Source: a virus
Taxonomy: Duplodnaviria > Caudoviricetes
Strand: one strand, 5' to 3'
Length of the DNA: 32,730 bases
IMG/VR virus record: IMGVR_UViG_3300048599_000902
Span: 1-32,730 of that record
The notes below the pieces were generated by a model. It ran no database searches. It was not told the DNA's origin and saw only the letters and a program-made list of their open reading frames with translations. The first letter of the stretch is position 1; each line of letters starts with the position of its first letter. A program made the position numbers and the translations under genes. Positions 17,100 through 25,174 of this stretch are shown one piece after another.

Positions 17100-17206
17100 T
17101 ATCGAGACAAAAGGATGGTTCCGCCGACTTCCTAAGGCCATTTCCGTTGTGGTGCGATTCTCTTACAGCATTATCCCCGCAACTTCACAGTTTAATCGTA
17201 TTAGAT

Positions 17207-17235
17207 TTGCGTCGATGGATAAAATGTGGTAAATT
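17207..17235 (+). promoter_or_regulatory. Sigma70-type promoter for 17303..18046
   Basis: TTGCGT-17 nt-TAAATT with TGn extended -10. Confidence 0.55.
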
Positions 17236-17302
17236 ATGCCAATACCGATCAATCGACGCGTCCTTGGGCTTTTTTGAAAAAACGCGTCTTCAGAGGTGAA
17301 CG

Positions 17303-18046
17303 ATGACAAAAAACTTCAGCGCCTCAGAGCTCGCTCGTCTCGCGGCTGTGACCCCGCGGGCGGTGTATCAGTGGATTGAGGCATGCCCGGCGGAACTGAA
17401 GGCGAGGCTGGGTGATCTACAAATTGCAGGGCGTTTTGACCTCAAGGATGCTCAGGTCATTCTCAAGGCTGGAAGGCGGGAGGAGTTGGCCAACCTCTTG
17501 GGAGAACTATCCCTGGCCCAGGGATTCATCCCTCCAGAGCCCGAGCCTGAGTTCTTTGGAGAGGTTGTCTTTGTCGCCCCGCCCAAGCGTGGCCGACCTG
17601 GGCATCGAAGGATTTCTGCATGGGTCGCCCTTGAGGATCTCGCTGGAGCGATGGAAAACAGGGACCGGGTTACGGCTGCTCTTTACCGAGCGAATGCAGA
17701 GATGGAGACGATTCACGATGCCACATATGTCGCCATGGAGACTATCCCGTCAGATATCCTGGCACCAATGATCGCTCGCCTTGAATCAGCCGGGGATCAG
17801 CTCGAAGAGTTTCACCGTAATCATGCAGATGAAACTGGGGAGCTGTGGATACCTGGTAAAAGAATTGCAGCGGCGCTCGGCTGGAGTAATAGACTTGTCG
17901 CTACTCGTGGATGGAGGACACCCTGGGCATCCCGGCCACATCGGGATGAACGAGGAGTTGACGAGGGCCTTGAGTACGAATTATCGAGTCTGCCCGAGGA
18001 GCTTCGCGTGCCAATCCTGCGGTATCTTATGTCCATAGCCGCATGA
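17303..18046 (+). CDS. DNA-binding protein: N-terminal HTH plus C-terminal Mu-type DNA-binding domain
   Basis: SASELARLAAVTPRAVYQWI; RIAAALGWSNRLV...W...LEYELSSLPEELR; GAGGTG RBS. Confidence 0.7.
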   Translation: MTKNFSASELARLAAVTPRAVYQWIEACPAELKARLGDLQIAGRFDLKDAQVILKAGRREELANLLGELSLAQGFIPPEPEPEFFGEVVFVAPPKRGRPGHRRISAWVALEDLAGAMENRDRVTAALYRANAEMETIHDATYVAMETIPSDILAPMIARLESAGDQLEEFHRNHADETGELWIPGKRIAAALGWSNRLVATRGWRTPWASRPHRDERGVDEGLEYELSSLPEELRVPILRYLMSIAA

Positions 18047-18065
18047 TCGTAAACCTCTGATTGTC

Positions 18066-18097
18066 AAAAAGGCCCTGCTCCTGTGCAGGGCCTTTTT
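18066..18097. terminator. Bidirectional intrinsic terminator
   Basis: AAAAA-GGCCCTGC-tcctgt-GCAGGGCC-TTTTT. Confidence 0.85.
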
Positions 18098-18159
18098 GTT
18101 GCTCGCTGCTCCCTCCAGCTTTTGAGCTGGACTACGCCTCGCGGAGTCAATCTCCGCAT

Positions 18160-18930
18160 ATGAGCAAAGCAACATCGTACATCGACAAGATCATCCTCGG
18201 TGACTGCCTCGAAGTTATGCCACACCTCGAGGCGGCCAGTATCAACCTCATCCTCTGCGATCTACCCTACGGCGTGACGGACTGCGTCTGGGACAAGAGG
18301 CTTCCCCTCGACCGTCTCTTCCAGGAATACAAGCGCCTGCTTAAGCCCCGAGGAGCTATCGTCCTCACTGCGACCCAACCCTTTACGACGGATCTCGTCA
18401 ATGCATGTCGAGCCTGGTTCCGCTACGACCTCGTCTGGGACAAGTCGGCTCCTGTCGGATTCCTCAACGCAAACCGCATGCCTCTTCGTCGGCATGAATC
18501 AATCCTCTTATTCTATGAACACCTCCCCGTCTACCATCCACAATTTGCAAAAGGACAGCCCTACAAGTCGAAAGGGCATGGCATGAAGAAGCCTGGCGTT
18601 TACAAGGCGACGCCTACGGCCTCCATAGATAATCCGGGGCGCCGTTACCCTACCAGTATCCTTGAGTTCCCGCGCGAGACGAATGGAGGAGGGCACAGGC
18701 ACCTCTATCACCCAACCCAGAAACCGCTCGCCCTCTTTGAATACCTTATTGAAACGTACACTGAACCTGGAGCCATTGTCCTTGACAACTGCATTGGTGC
18801 CGGGACAACGGCTTTGGCGAGCATCGCAACTGGTCGGCACTTTATCGGTATTGAGAAGGATCCTGTCTTTGCCGCGTGCTCCAGCGAACGTGTGGCCGCG
18901 GCCAAAGCTGAACGCGGGCAAGCGGCCTAG
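18160..18930 (+). CDS. Orphan N4/N6 DNA methyltransferase (beta class)
   Basis: GDCLEVM, DLPY, HPTQKP, VLDNCIGAGTT, FIGIE motifs; no restriction gene nearby. Confidence 0.92.
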   Translation: MSKATSYIDKIILGDCLEVMPHLEAASINLILCDLPYGVTDCVWDKRLPLDRLFQEYKRLLKPRGAIVLTATQPFTTDLVNACRAWFRYDLVWDKSAPVGFLNANRMPLRRHESILLFYEHLPVYHPQFAKGQPYKSKGHGMKKPGVYKATPTASIDNPGRRYPTSILEFPRETNGGGHRHLYHPTQKPLALFEYLIETYTEPGAIVLDNCIGAGTTALASIATGRHFIGIEKDPVFAACSSERVAAAKAERGQAA

Positions 18931-18936
18931 ACTCCT

Positions 18937-18973
18937 CCACATTTGAGCGTCGATCCATGTCTCGTCATACGAT
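18937..18973 (+). promoter_or_regulatory. Putative late promoter (capsid operon)
   Basis: CCACATTTGAGCG-N18-TACGAT; ATG 18981 follows after 7 nt with no SD. Confidence 0.65.
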
Positions 18974-18980
18974 GAGAGCC

Positions 18981-20021
18981 ATGAAGACGATCAAACGAGA
19001 GTTGGTTCACGTTGGCATGTTCGGGTCTGACGGCACAGTCGTGACGAAACAGGATCTTGCGGATATCAACGAAACCTTCGATGGCAAGGGCCCCGTGACT
19101 CTTGGCCACAAGCTCGTCGACTGGATGCCGAAGTTTGGCAACACGACGAACGTCGATCTCAACGCGAGCGGGGAAAGTCTCGCCGGCAAACTCGAAATCA
19201 ACGATGTTCTCGCAGACGCCGTTGACGAGAAGTTCTACGAGGATATCTCGATCGGCATGAAGCGGCGGGCCTCGGATGGCAAACGCTATTTGCATCATGT
19301 GGCCTTCCTCGGGGCTGTACCGCCGAAGATCAGGGACCTCAAGACCTTCTCGGATCTCGGTATCGAGTTCTGCGGCGATGACGAAGGCGTTGTCCTTTTT
19401 TCTGATGCTCAGCAAGCCCCCGCTCCTGACCCCGCGGCCCCGTCCGATACTCCTCAAGATATCGCTGACGCGCTCAGGCGCATTGCCGACAAGGGGCGCG
19501 CCGGCTGGGCGTTCGAAGACGTGACGAAGGCACTCGCCGAGCTCACGTCTATCGCTACGGAAATGCTCGTTAACGGCGCGAAGATCCCGGACTCACTCAA
19601 AGACCCGATGCAGAACTTCGCGGATCAGCTCTTAAAAAACAAAGCTACCGGCGAGGCCGGCAAGGAGGAAGACGTGGAAGCGAAAGAGGAGAACGAGCGC
19701 CTCAAGAAGGAACTCGCCGACTCGAAGGCCGCCAATTTGGTGACCGCGAAAGAAGGCCTCAAGACGGCCATGGAGGGACGCATTCCCAAGGCGCAGCAGG
19801 GGCTCGTGCTCGAGCTCGCCGACCGCCTCCAGGACGTCGACACCATCGAGCTCGCTGACAGCGAGAGCGGCACCAAGGAGAAGGTCTCGGGCCTTGAGGT
19901 CCTTCGCCGCGTGCTGGCCTCTATCCCGAAGCCCGTCGTCGAGGGCCGGATGAATCTCGGCGACGGCGACGAGAAGCCGGATGGCAAGCCTGCTGTCCGC
20001 ATCTCCTTCGACAAGGCCTAA
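18981..20021 (+). CDS. Prohead protease/scaffold (Mu I-like)
   Basis: PVTLGH, YEDISIG, YLHHVAFLGAVPPKIRDL motifs; acidic helical C-terminus. Confidence 0.85.
   Translation: MKTIKRELVHVGMFGSDGTVVTKQDLADINETFDGKGPVTLGHKLVDWMPKFGNTTNVDLNASGESLAGKLEINDVLADAVDEKFYEDISIGMKRRASDGKRYLHHVAFLGAVPPKIRDLKTFSDLGIEFCGDDEGVVLFSDAQQAPAPDPAAPSDTPQDIADALRRIADKGRAGWAFEDVTKALAELTSIATEMLVNGAKIPDSLKDPMQNFADQLLKNKATGEAGKEEDVEAKEENERLKKELADSKAANLVTAKEGLKTAMEGRIPKAQQGLVLELADRLQDVDTIELADSESGTKEKVSGLEVLRRVLASIPKPVVEGRMNLGDGDEKPDGKPAVRISFDKA
19674..20021 (+). CDS. Internal in-frame scaffold protein (Mu Z-like)
   Basis: AAGGAGG then in-frame GTG at 19674; 115 aa. Confidence 0.6.
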   Translation: MEAKEENERLKKELADSKAANLVTAKEGLKTAMEGRIPKAQQGLVLELADRLQDVDTIELADSESGTKEKVSGLEVLRRVLASIPKPVVEGRMNLGDGDEKPDGKPAVRISFDKA

Positions 20022-20039
20022 GGGCTGGAGGATGTCGAC

Positions 20040-20396
20040 ATGAATGGCAAGATTTTCAGCGGATCCGTTGGGTATGGCTCTGTGGCGACTCCGACCCATT
20101 CCCCGGTGAAGAAGACCATCCTCGCGGTGGCCAATCAGGGAGAGCTGCCCGCAGGCATGCTCTATGCCCTCGACGCCAACAGCAAGGTCATCCCGTACAA
20201 CAGAACCGGTGCCGCGCCGGCAAACGTACTCAAGGGCGTACTCGATAAGAGCATCGACACCTCTGAGGACACGGCTGCCGTTGGCATCGTGCATGGGACG
20301 GTCAACCAGGAGCTGCTCGTCTACGGCGCCGACTCCGGCGCAGTGACGGTGGCAGACATCGCGGCCCTCGAGGCCATAGGCATCTGGGCGCAGTAA
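20040..20396 (+). CDS. Head decoration protein (lambda gpD-like)
   Basis: GELPAGM...KGVL...VHGTV...LEAIGI; between scaffold and capsid genes. Confidence 0.75.
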   Translation: MNGKIFSGSVGYGSVATPTHSPVKKTILAVANQGELPAGMLYALDANSKVIPYNRTGAAPANVLKGVLDKSIDTSEDTAAVGIVHGTVNQELLVYGADSGAVTVADIAALEAIGIWAQ

Positions 20397-20419
20397 GCCC
20401 AGGAAGAAAGGAGACTTTA

Positions 20420-21418
20420 ATGCCCGATACTCAGGCAATCATCCGTAAGCTCTTCGCCAGGGAGTCAATCGTCGAGATGGTGGGCCGCATGCCCAACCTG
20501 CAGAGCCCAGCTCTCGACATCCTCTATCCCCCGGCGAACCGCATCAACCATCCTCTCCCGGTAATCGGGGCCAAAGACCTCGCGCCGCGGAGCGGGAACA
20601 TTCCTTTGATCAAGCGCGGGACCCAGTCCTACCAGATCGCTGAGAGCTCCGGGATCGCCGCTATCGAACCCCAGCCGGTCGCCCCTTCGAGTTTCCTCGA
20701 CGCCGCCGACATGAATAATCTGCTCATGTTCGAAGGCCGCGGCCCGGACGGGACTGCGAATCAGCAGACCCTTGTCTCCAATCGCATCGATACCCTCCGA
20801 AGGATCTGCCGGGATACCGCACAGGCCATGGCCATCCAGTCTGCGTCCGGAAAGATCAACTACGATCTGCGGGCTAGCGGCGGCAGCTTCGAGAAGTTCG
20901 AGATCGACTTCGGCACACCGAAGGCAGTGCCCTGCGACACGCTTTTCGACGCCGCCGGCGTGAAGATCGGCGTCCTCATCAAGCAGCTTCAGGCAATGAA
21001 GGCCGCCATGCAGGCCCAGGGCTTCGGAAACGACATCCTCTTCCTCGCCCCGGATGATGTGTTCGCCGCCATCCTCAACGTCTACCCCGCGGCCTGGAAA
21101 CCCGACTACGATCCGGACGGGAATCTCGTCCTCGCACCTGGCATCAAGGTTGCCCTCTTCGGCTACACCTACTACGACTTCACGAACAAGGCATCGGTCG
21201 GCCTCACGGCGAAGACCCTGGTGGCCTGGGACCGCGCTGCGGGCTCGAGCCTCATCTACGCCGCGGTCGACGACATCGACGCTGACTTCGTGGCCAGCCC
21301 CTTCTGGACCAAGGCGATCAAGTCAGACGATCCCTCCGGGTACAAGGTTATCGGACAGTCCAAGCCGGTCCCGGTCCCGAACGTGAAGGGTATCGTCACC
21401 TCCGTGGTCATCAGCTGA
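20420..21418 (+). CDS. Major capsid protein (gpE-like)
   Basis: 332 aa, IDFG and DPSGYKVIGQSKPVPVP C-terminal motif; strong RBS. Confidence 0.88.
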   Translation: MPDTQAIIRKLFARESIVEMVGRMPNLQSPALDILYPPANRINHPLPVIGAKDLAPRSGNIPLIKRGTQSYQIAESSGIAAIEPQPVAPSSFLDAADMNNLLMFEGRGPDGTANQQTLVSNRIDTLRRICRDTAQAMAIQSASGKINYDLRASGGSFEKFEIDFGTPKAVPCDTLFDAAGVKIGVLIKQLQAMKAAMQAQGFGNDILFLAPDDVFAAILNVYPAAWKPDYDPDGNLVLAPGIKVALFGYTYYDFTNKASVGLTAKTLVAWDRAAGSSLIYAAVDDIDADFVASPFWTKAIKSDDPSGYKVIGQSKPVPVPNVKGIVTSVVIS

Positions 21419-21446
21419 ACCAAGGGCCGCTAGGCCTAATGTTTCG

Positions 21447-21483
21447 CCCTCGCGGAGAGGCTGTCTTCGCGAGGGTTTTCTTC
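21447..21483 (+). terminator. Intrinsic terminator after the capsid gene
   Basis: CCCTCGCGGAGA/TCTTCGCGAGGG stem followed by TTTTCTTC. Confidence 0.7.
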
Positions 21484-21508
21484 AATCTTTTTTTCAAAGG
21501 AGCTTTTT

Positions 21509-21943
21509 ATGAAGAAGTTTTTACGTGTTTCGTTCTTCCTCCTCGTGCTCTGCTTTATCGCAGTACCTATCGTCTCGGCGACTCCGCAGGGACAGTCCCC
21601 CGGCCAGCCCATCATGGCTTCCGCGTATCCCACGCAGCAGATCGTCTCGGGAGAACTCACGCTCAGCATACCCAGCATGGAGCAGGGCATGGCAAGCCTT
21701 GACCAGAAGGTGGCTACCCTCGATCGGGACATCTCCGCGGTCAGGAGAGCCGAGAGCACGGTGATAGTGCTCGACCTCCTCATACTGATAGCCGTGGCCT
21801 TTGTCGCGCTGATCCTCATAATGCGGACCAAAGTATTGAAAACGCTGGGGCTTGCGTCGATTGCCGATCCTCCGGCCGGAGCCGACGCCCCAAAGCCTAC
21901 TCCTGCGAGTACCGGATCCGGTGCATCGGCGACGGGCACCTGA
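21509..21943 (+). CDS. Exported/membrane protein
   Basis: AAGGAG RBS, signal peptide, short coiled coil, TM helix, P/A/T/G-rich tail. Confidence 0.7.
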   Translation: MKKFLRVSFFLLVLCFIAVPIVSATPQGQSPGQPIMASAYPTQQIVSGELTLSIPSMEQGMASLDQKVATLDRDISAVRRAESTVIVLDLLILIAVAFVALILIMRTKVLKTLGLASIADPPAGADAPKPTPASTGSGASATGT

Positions 21944-21960
21944 GAGACAGGGGCTAGATA

Positions 21961-22416
21961 ATGCGCATAACCGACTTCGACGACTTGCTTGGCCCACGGC
22001 CATCAACCGTGACGGAACTGATCGCGACCTCGTATCAAACCACGGGGACGGCAATCACGGCCGCCGAAGTCGAGGCGCGTCTCGCACCAAGCCTCTATGC
22101 CCAACTCGCGGATGGATCCGACAGTACGGTCCTTCGCGCCGCGGAGCGAGCCACCATCCGTGCAGGCGCCATCGCTGCACGGATGGGACGGATTCTTGAC
22201 CTTGATACGACGGTTATGCGGGAGATCGTGCTCAACCTTACGGTCTACGAGATGCACATGGCCCTCGGACATGAGGAAGCCGGTAGAGAATACAGACTGG
22301 CTGCCAAGGATCTCATCGTTGCAGCCTTCGGCGATTATCCAGAGGCCGGCCGCGAGCAGGAGGCCAAGGTGCCAGCCGCGGCGATCAAGTTGGCGATACG
22401 GAGACGGTTACCATGA
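21961..22416 (+). CDS. Head-tail connector (Mu gp36/DUF1320-like)
   Basis: Helical protein with REIVLNLTVYEM...YRLAAKDL; position after the capsid. Confidence 0.6.
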   Translation: MRITDFDDLLGPRPSTVTELIATSYQTTGTAITAAEVEARLAPSLYAQLADGSDSTVLRAAERATIRAGAIAARMGRILDLDTTVMREIVLNLTVYEMHMALGHEEAGREYRLAAKDLIVAAFGDYPEAGREQEAKVPAAAIKLAIRRRLP

Positions 22417-22982
22417 TGGTTGATGTCCTGGACGCAATAGGCAGACGCATGGCGGATCCCGAACTGCTCGATGTTCTGGGTTCGGCTGCAGAAAGCATGA
22501 TCATCAAGAACATCAAGACGGGTTCCTGGGCGGCGAATGCCCCTCTTACGCAGGACGTAAAGGGAAATGATAAGCCCCTTCAGGATTCGGGCGGGTTCCT
22601 GGGCTCCTTCGCTCATCGAGTGGAAGGGAATAAGGCCATCGTCGGAACCACGCATGTTGCGGCGAGGATTCTCAACTATGGCGGGACCATTCGGCCGAAG
22701 GCGGCCAAGAATATTGCTATCCCGGCGAGCCACGACACGCGGACCATCATGAGGATGTACGGACTTACGCCACGGGCATGCATCGAAGGGATGAAAGCCG
22801 CCGGGTATCAGATTTGGATCTCCGGGGCCTGCATCATGGCGCGCAAGGGCAAGACGGGAAAACCGCGAGCTCTCTTTCTGCTTCGAAAGAGTGTCACAAT
22901 CCCGGCTCGCCATTACATGGAGTTCTCCCCCGAGGGGCGGACTGTTCTATCGCGGATGGCCGCGAAAAGGATTTTTGGATGA
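22413..22982 (+). CDS. Virion morphogenesis protein (Mu G-like)
   Basis: KPLQDSGG, VGT...ARILNYGG, IPARHYM motifs. Confidence 0.85.
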   Translation: MMVDVLDAIGRRMADPELLDVLGSAAESMIIKNIKTGSWAANAPLTQDVKGNDKPLQDSGGFLGSFAHRVEGNKAIVGTTHVAARILNYGGTIRPKAAKNIAIPASHDTRTIMRMYGLTPRACIEGMKAAGYQIWISGACIMARKGKTGKPRALFLLRKSVTIPARHYMEFSPEGRTVLSRMAAKRIFG

Positions 22983-23413
22983 CCGCTATCGATGTCGCTC
23001 ATCTCTTCGAGAAGCAGATCGCGAGGCGTACCGGGATCAAGACCATCCTCGCGCCGTCTTCGCTCAAGGAATCGGGGCCTCATGTCAAGGTGCTCGTCCG
23101 GAAGGTCCTCGTCCCCGCGAGGCCGGCCGCCGCTCAGGGGCAGCACGAGCTCAGGCTCTATGTCTCCCTCGAGGGAAAACTCGAGAGCGATACCGGCCTC
23201 AAGATGGCGCTCGACGATTGCGAGAGCCTTGCGGTCTACATCCTCACAACGCCAAGCCTCCACCTTGAGGACGAAACCGGGAAGGCGATCGCCAACACGC
23301 TCATCACGGCGAAGCCTGACGAGAACGATGGCCTCGTGGGAGACCCTGACGATGACAAGGTCGCATGGGCTGATGACCTCATCTACGTGAGCGTCTTCTA
23401 TCCTGCAGCCTAA
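22979..23413 (+). CDS. Putative tail completion/terminator protein
   Basis: ATGA overlap at 22979; position before the tail tube gene. Confidence 0.55.
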   Translation: MTAIDVAHLFEKQIARRTGIKTILAPSSLKESGPHVKVLVRKVLVPARPAAAQGQHELRLYVSLEGKLESDTGLKMALDDCESLAVYILTTPSLHLEDETGKAIANTLITAKPDENDGLVGDPDDDKVAWADDLIYVSVFYPAA

Positions 23414-23423
23414 AGGAGTCTCG

Positions 23424-23666
23424 ATGATAAGCGACAAGCTGAAGCGCGCGCCTGATCTCGTTACGAAGACGGAGTACGGGACTGTGAATGGTCACCGGAT
23501 GCCCATCGCGACGGTCTACTCGAGTAGGCGCTTTGGACTCGAAGAGCGGGAGGAACATCTCGCCAAGAAAGATACAGCCCCATCCGTCGAACCGGACCAG
23601 ACTGGTGACGAGGATCGGGGATCGAGAAGGAACCGCAAGGCCGCTGAGTTGGCCGGAAAGGAGTGA
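23424..23666 (+). CDS. Hypothetical protein
   Basis: AAGGAG RBS; 80 aa, charged. Confidence 0.65.
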   Translation: MISDKLKRAPDLVTKTEYGTVNGHRMPIATVYSSRRFGLEEREEHLAKKDTAPSVEPDQTGDEDRGSRRNRKAAELAGKE

Positions 23667-23668
23667 GT

Positions 23669-24361
23669 ATGAGCGAAGAGAACATCAGCCTCATAGGCGA
23701 TGACGCGACCATCGAGGAAGTCGCCTTCGGCACCGAGTGCGTAGGCGACGCAACGAAGCCCCTCGATGTCCTCGCTGGTGGTGCGGCCGCGTCCGGCAAG
23801 GGAAAGGGCTTCTGGCTCATCACAGCCAAGGCCGCGGCTGGATCCATCTTTGACAAGCTTATCGTTGGGGATCTCTTTCCAACTGATGGGACCGAAATAC
23901 TGGCTGTCGGCGACAAGGCGAAACTCGCCACGGGGACGCCTTTCCTCGACGCGTCGAGTTGGACTTCGTCCTTTACTGCCAAGGAAGTGGACGTGACTCT
24001 TCTCAAGCACAGAGTCATGAAGTATCGCAAGGGCAAGGCCGACGCTGAAGGCACGCTCAAGGGCATCTTCACCCTCGGCGTTACTGGTGCGGCTGGCGGC
24101 CTGCTCAACCAGTTCCTCAAGATCGTGCACAAAAGCGCAGCCGGCGTCGTCACCGTGAGTGCCGTCAACTCGCACCCCATCTACATCCGGGGCGTGGTAC
24201 GCGACACGAACGTCTCGGGCGAGACCTACGCCTTCATGTTCGCCCAGATCGAACTCTTCGGCGTCAATCTCGGTGCGGAGTCGGGGAACAAGCAGGAGTA
24301 CTCCTCCAAGTTCCGTTTCACCGGCAACGATCCCATCTACTACGAGGAAGAAATCGCCTGA
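23669..24361 (+). CDS. Putative major tail tube protein
   Basis: Beta-rich, EVDVT...YRKGKADAEGTLKG; upstream of chaperones and tape measure. Confidence 0.7.
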   Translation: MSEENISLIGDDATIEEVAFGTECVGDATKPLDVLAGGAAASGKGKGFWLITAKAAAGSIFDKLIVGDLFPTDGTEILAVGDKAKLATGTPFLDASSWTSSFTAKEVDVTLLKHRVMKYRKGKADAEGTLKGIFTLGVTGAAGGLLNQFLKIVHKSAAGVVTVSAVNSHPIYIRGVVRDTNVSGETYAFMFAQIELFGVNLGAESGNKQEYSSKFRFTGNDPIYYEEEIA

Positions 24362-24369
24362 ACGCCAAA

Positions 24370-24398
24370 GCGAAGCCTTAGTGCTTCGCCATCTTTTT
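24370..24398 (+). terminator. Weak terminator-like hairpin after the tail tube gene
   Basis: GCGAAGC-cttagt-GCTTCGC then CATCTTTTT. Confidence 0.45.
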
Positions 24399-24416
24399 GA
24401 AAGACAAGGATGTACC

Positions 24417-24812
24417 ATGGTACTCACTGTTGCAAAGACCAAATCGTTTTACCCGACCTTCAATAATAACCTCGACCTCCCAGAAGATGAGCGGGTCAAG
24501 ATCACATATAAGATGCCAACCCTGCAGCTGAAAAACCAGCTTAAGCCGCGGTCGCCCATGCGGTTCGATATCGACCCCGCCAGTGGCCGGACGGAACGAG
24601 GGGTTGTCGAGATAAACGTGAATAAGGAGGAGGTCGTAAAGGCCCTCCTTGTACGGATTGATAATTTCGCGTGCTCAGATGAAAAAGGCGAGCACAAGGT
24701 GACGAACTGGGCTGAACTCCTGCAGGGGCCTCGCGAATGTTCAGAACTGGTAGACGAAATGTACACCGAGTTCAAGAAAGAACTCGACTATGAGATCGAC
24801 GAAAAAAACTGA
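24417..24812 (+). CDS. Tail assembly chaperone (G-like; start moved to ATG 24417)
   Basis: AAGGA RBS; ends in slippery A AAA AAC just before TGA. Confidence 0.75.
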   Translation: MVLTVAKTKSFYPTFNNNLDLPEDERVKITYKMPTLQLKNQLKPRSPMRFDIDPASGRTERGVVEINVNKEEVVKALLVRIDNFACSDEKGEHKVTNWAELLQGPRECSELVDEMYTEFKKELDYEIDEKN

Positions 24813-25174
24813 GAATTGCTTACCGGCTTTTCCGCGCCGGTAAGCAAATGCAGAAAGTCCGGCCCGGACGTCAATCGGAACTGTTTATCCCTACGGGTGT
24901 AACGGACTCCGAGGGGAAGGCCATCTTTATCACGGCAGGGGATGTTCCAAAGTACTTCAATGAAGAATTTTGGAGTGCTTACGAGTTTTTTGCCATGACA
25001 GAGATCCTCGAAGTTCCACCATTTTCTGGTGGCTGGACGGCCTGGCCGGCCATAGCGGTTTCGATTTTGTTCACCTTGAGAGCGGAGCGAAATCGTTGTG
25101 ACAAGGAAGAGATTGAAGACAAGAGCCAGACAACAAAACGGCAGCCAATAGGTCAGCGAGGAAATCGTGGGTGA
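24803..25174 (+). CDS. Tail assembly chaperone -1 frame extension (T-like)
   Basis: -1 frame open from the slippery site through 24848..25174; PFSGGWTAWP motif. Confidence 0.75.
   Translation, partial: KKLRIAYRLFRAGKQMQKVRPGRQSELFIPTGVTDSEGKAIFITAGDVPKYFNEEFWSAYEFFAMTEILEVPPFSGGWTAWPAIAVSILFTLRAERNRCDKEEIEDKSQTTKRQPIGQRGNRG

Noticed and set aside
16572-17141. 189-aa antisense ORF as a MuF immunity protein
   Set aside because: Mostly antisense to MuF with no recognisable motifs; the internal ATG near 17054 has poor SD spacing and a terminator follows; not fully excluded
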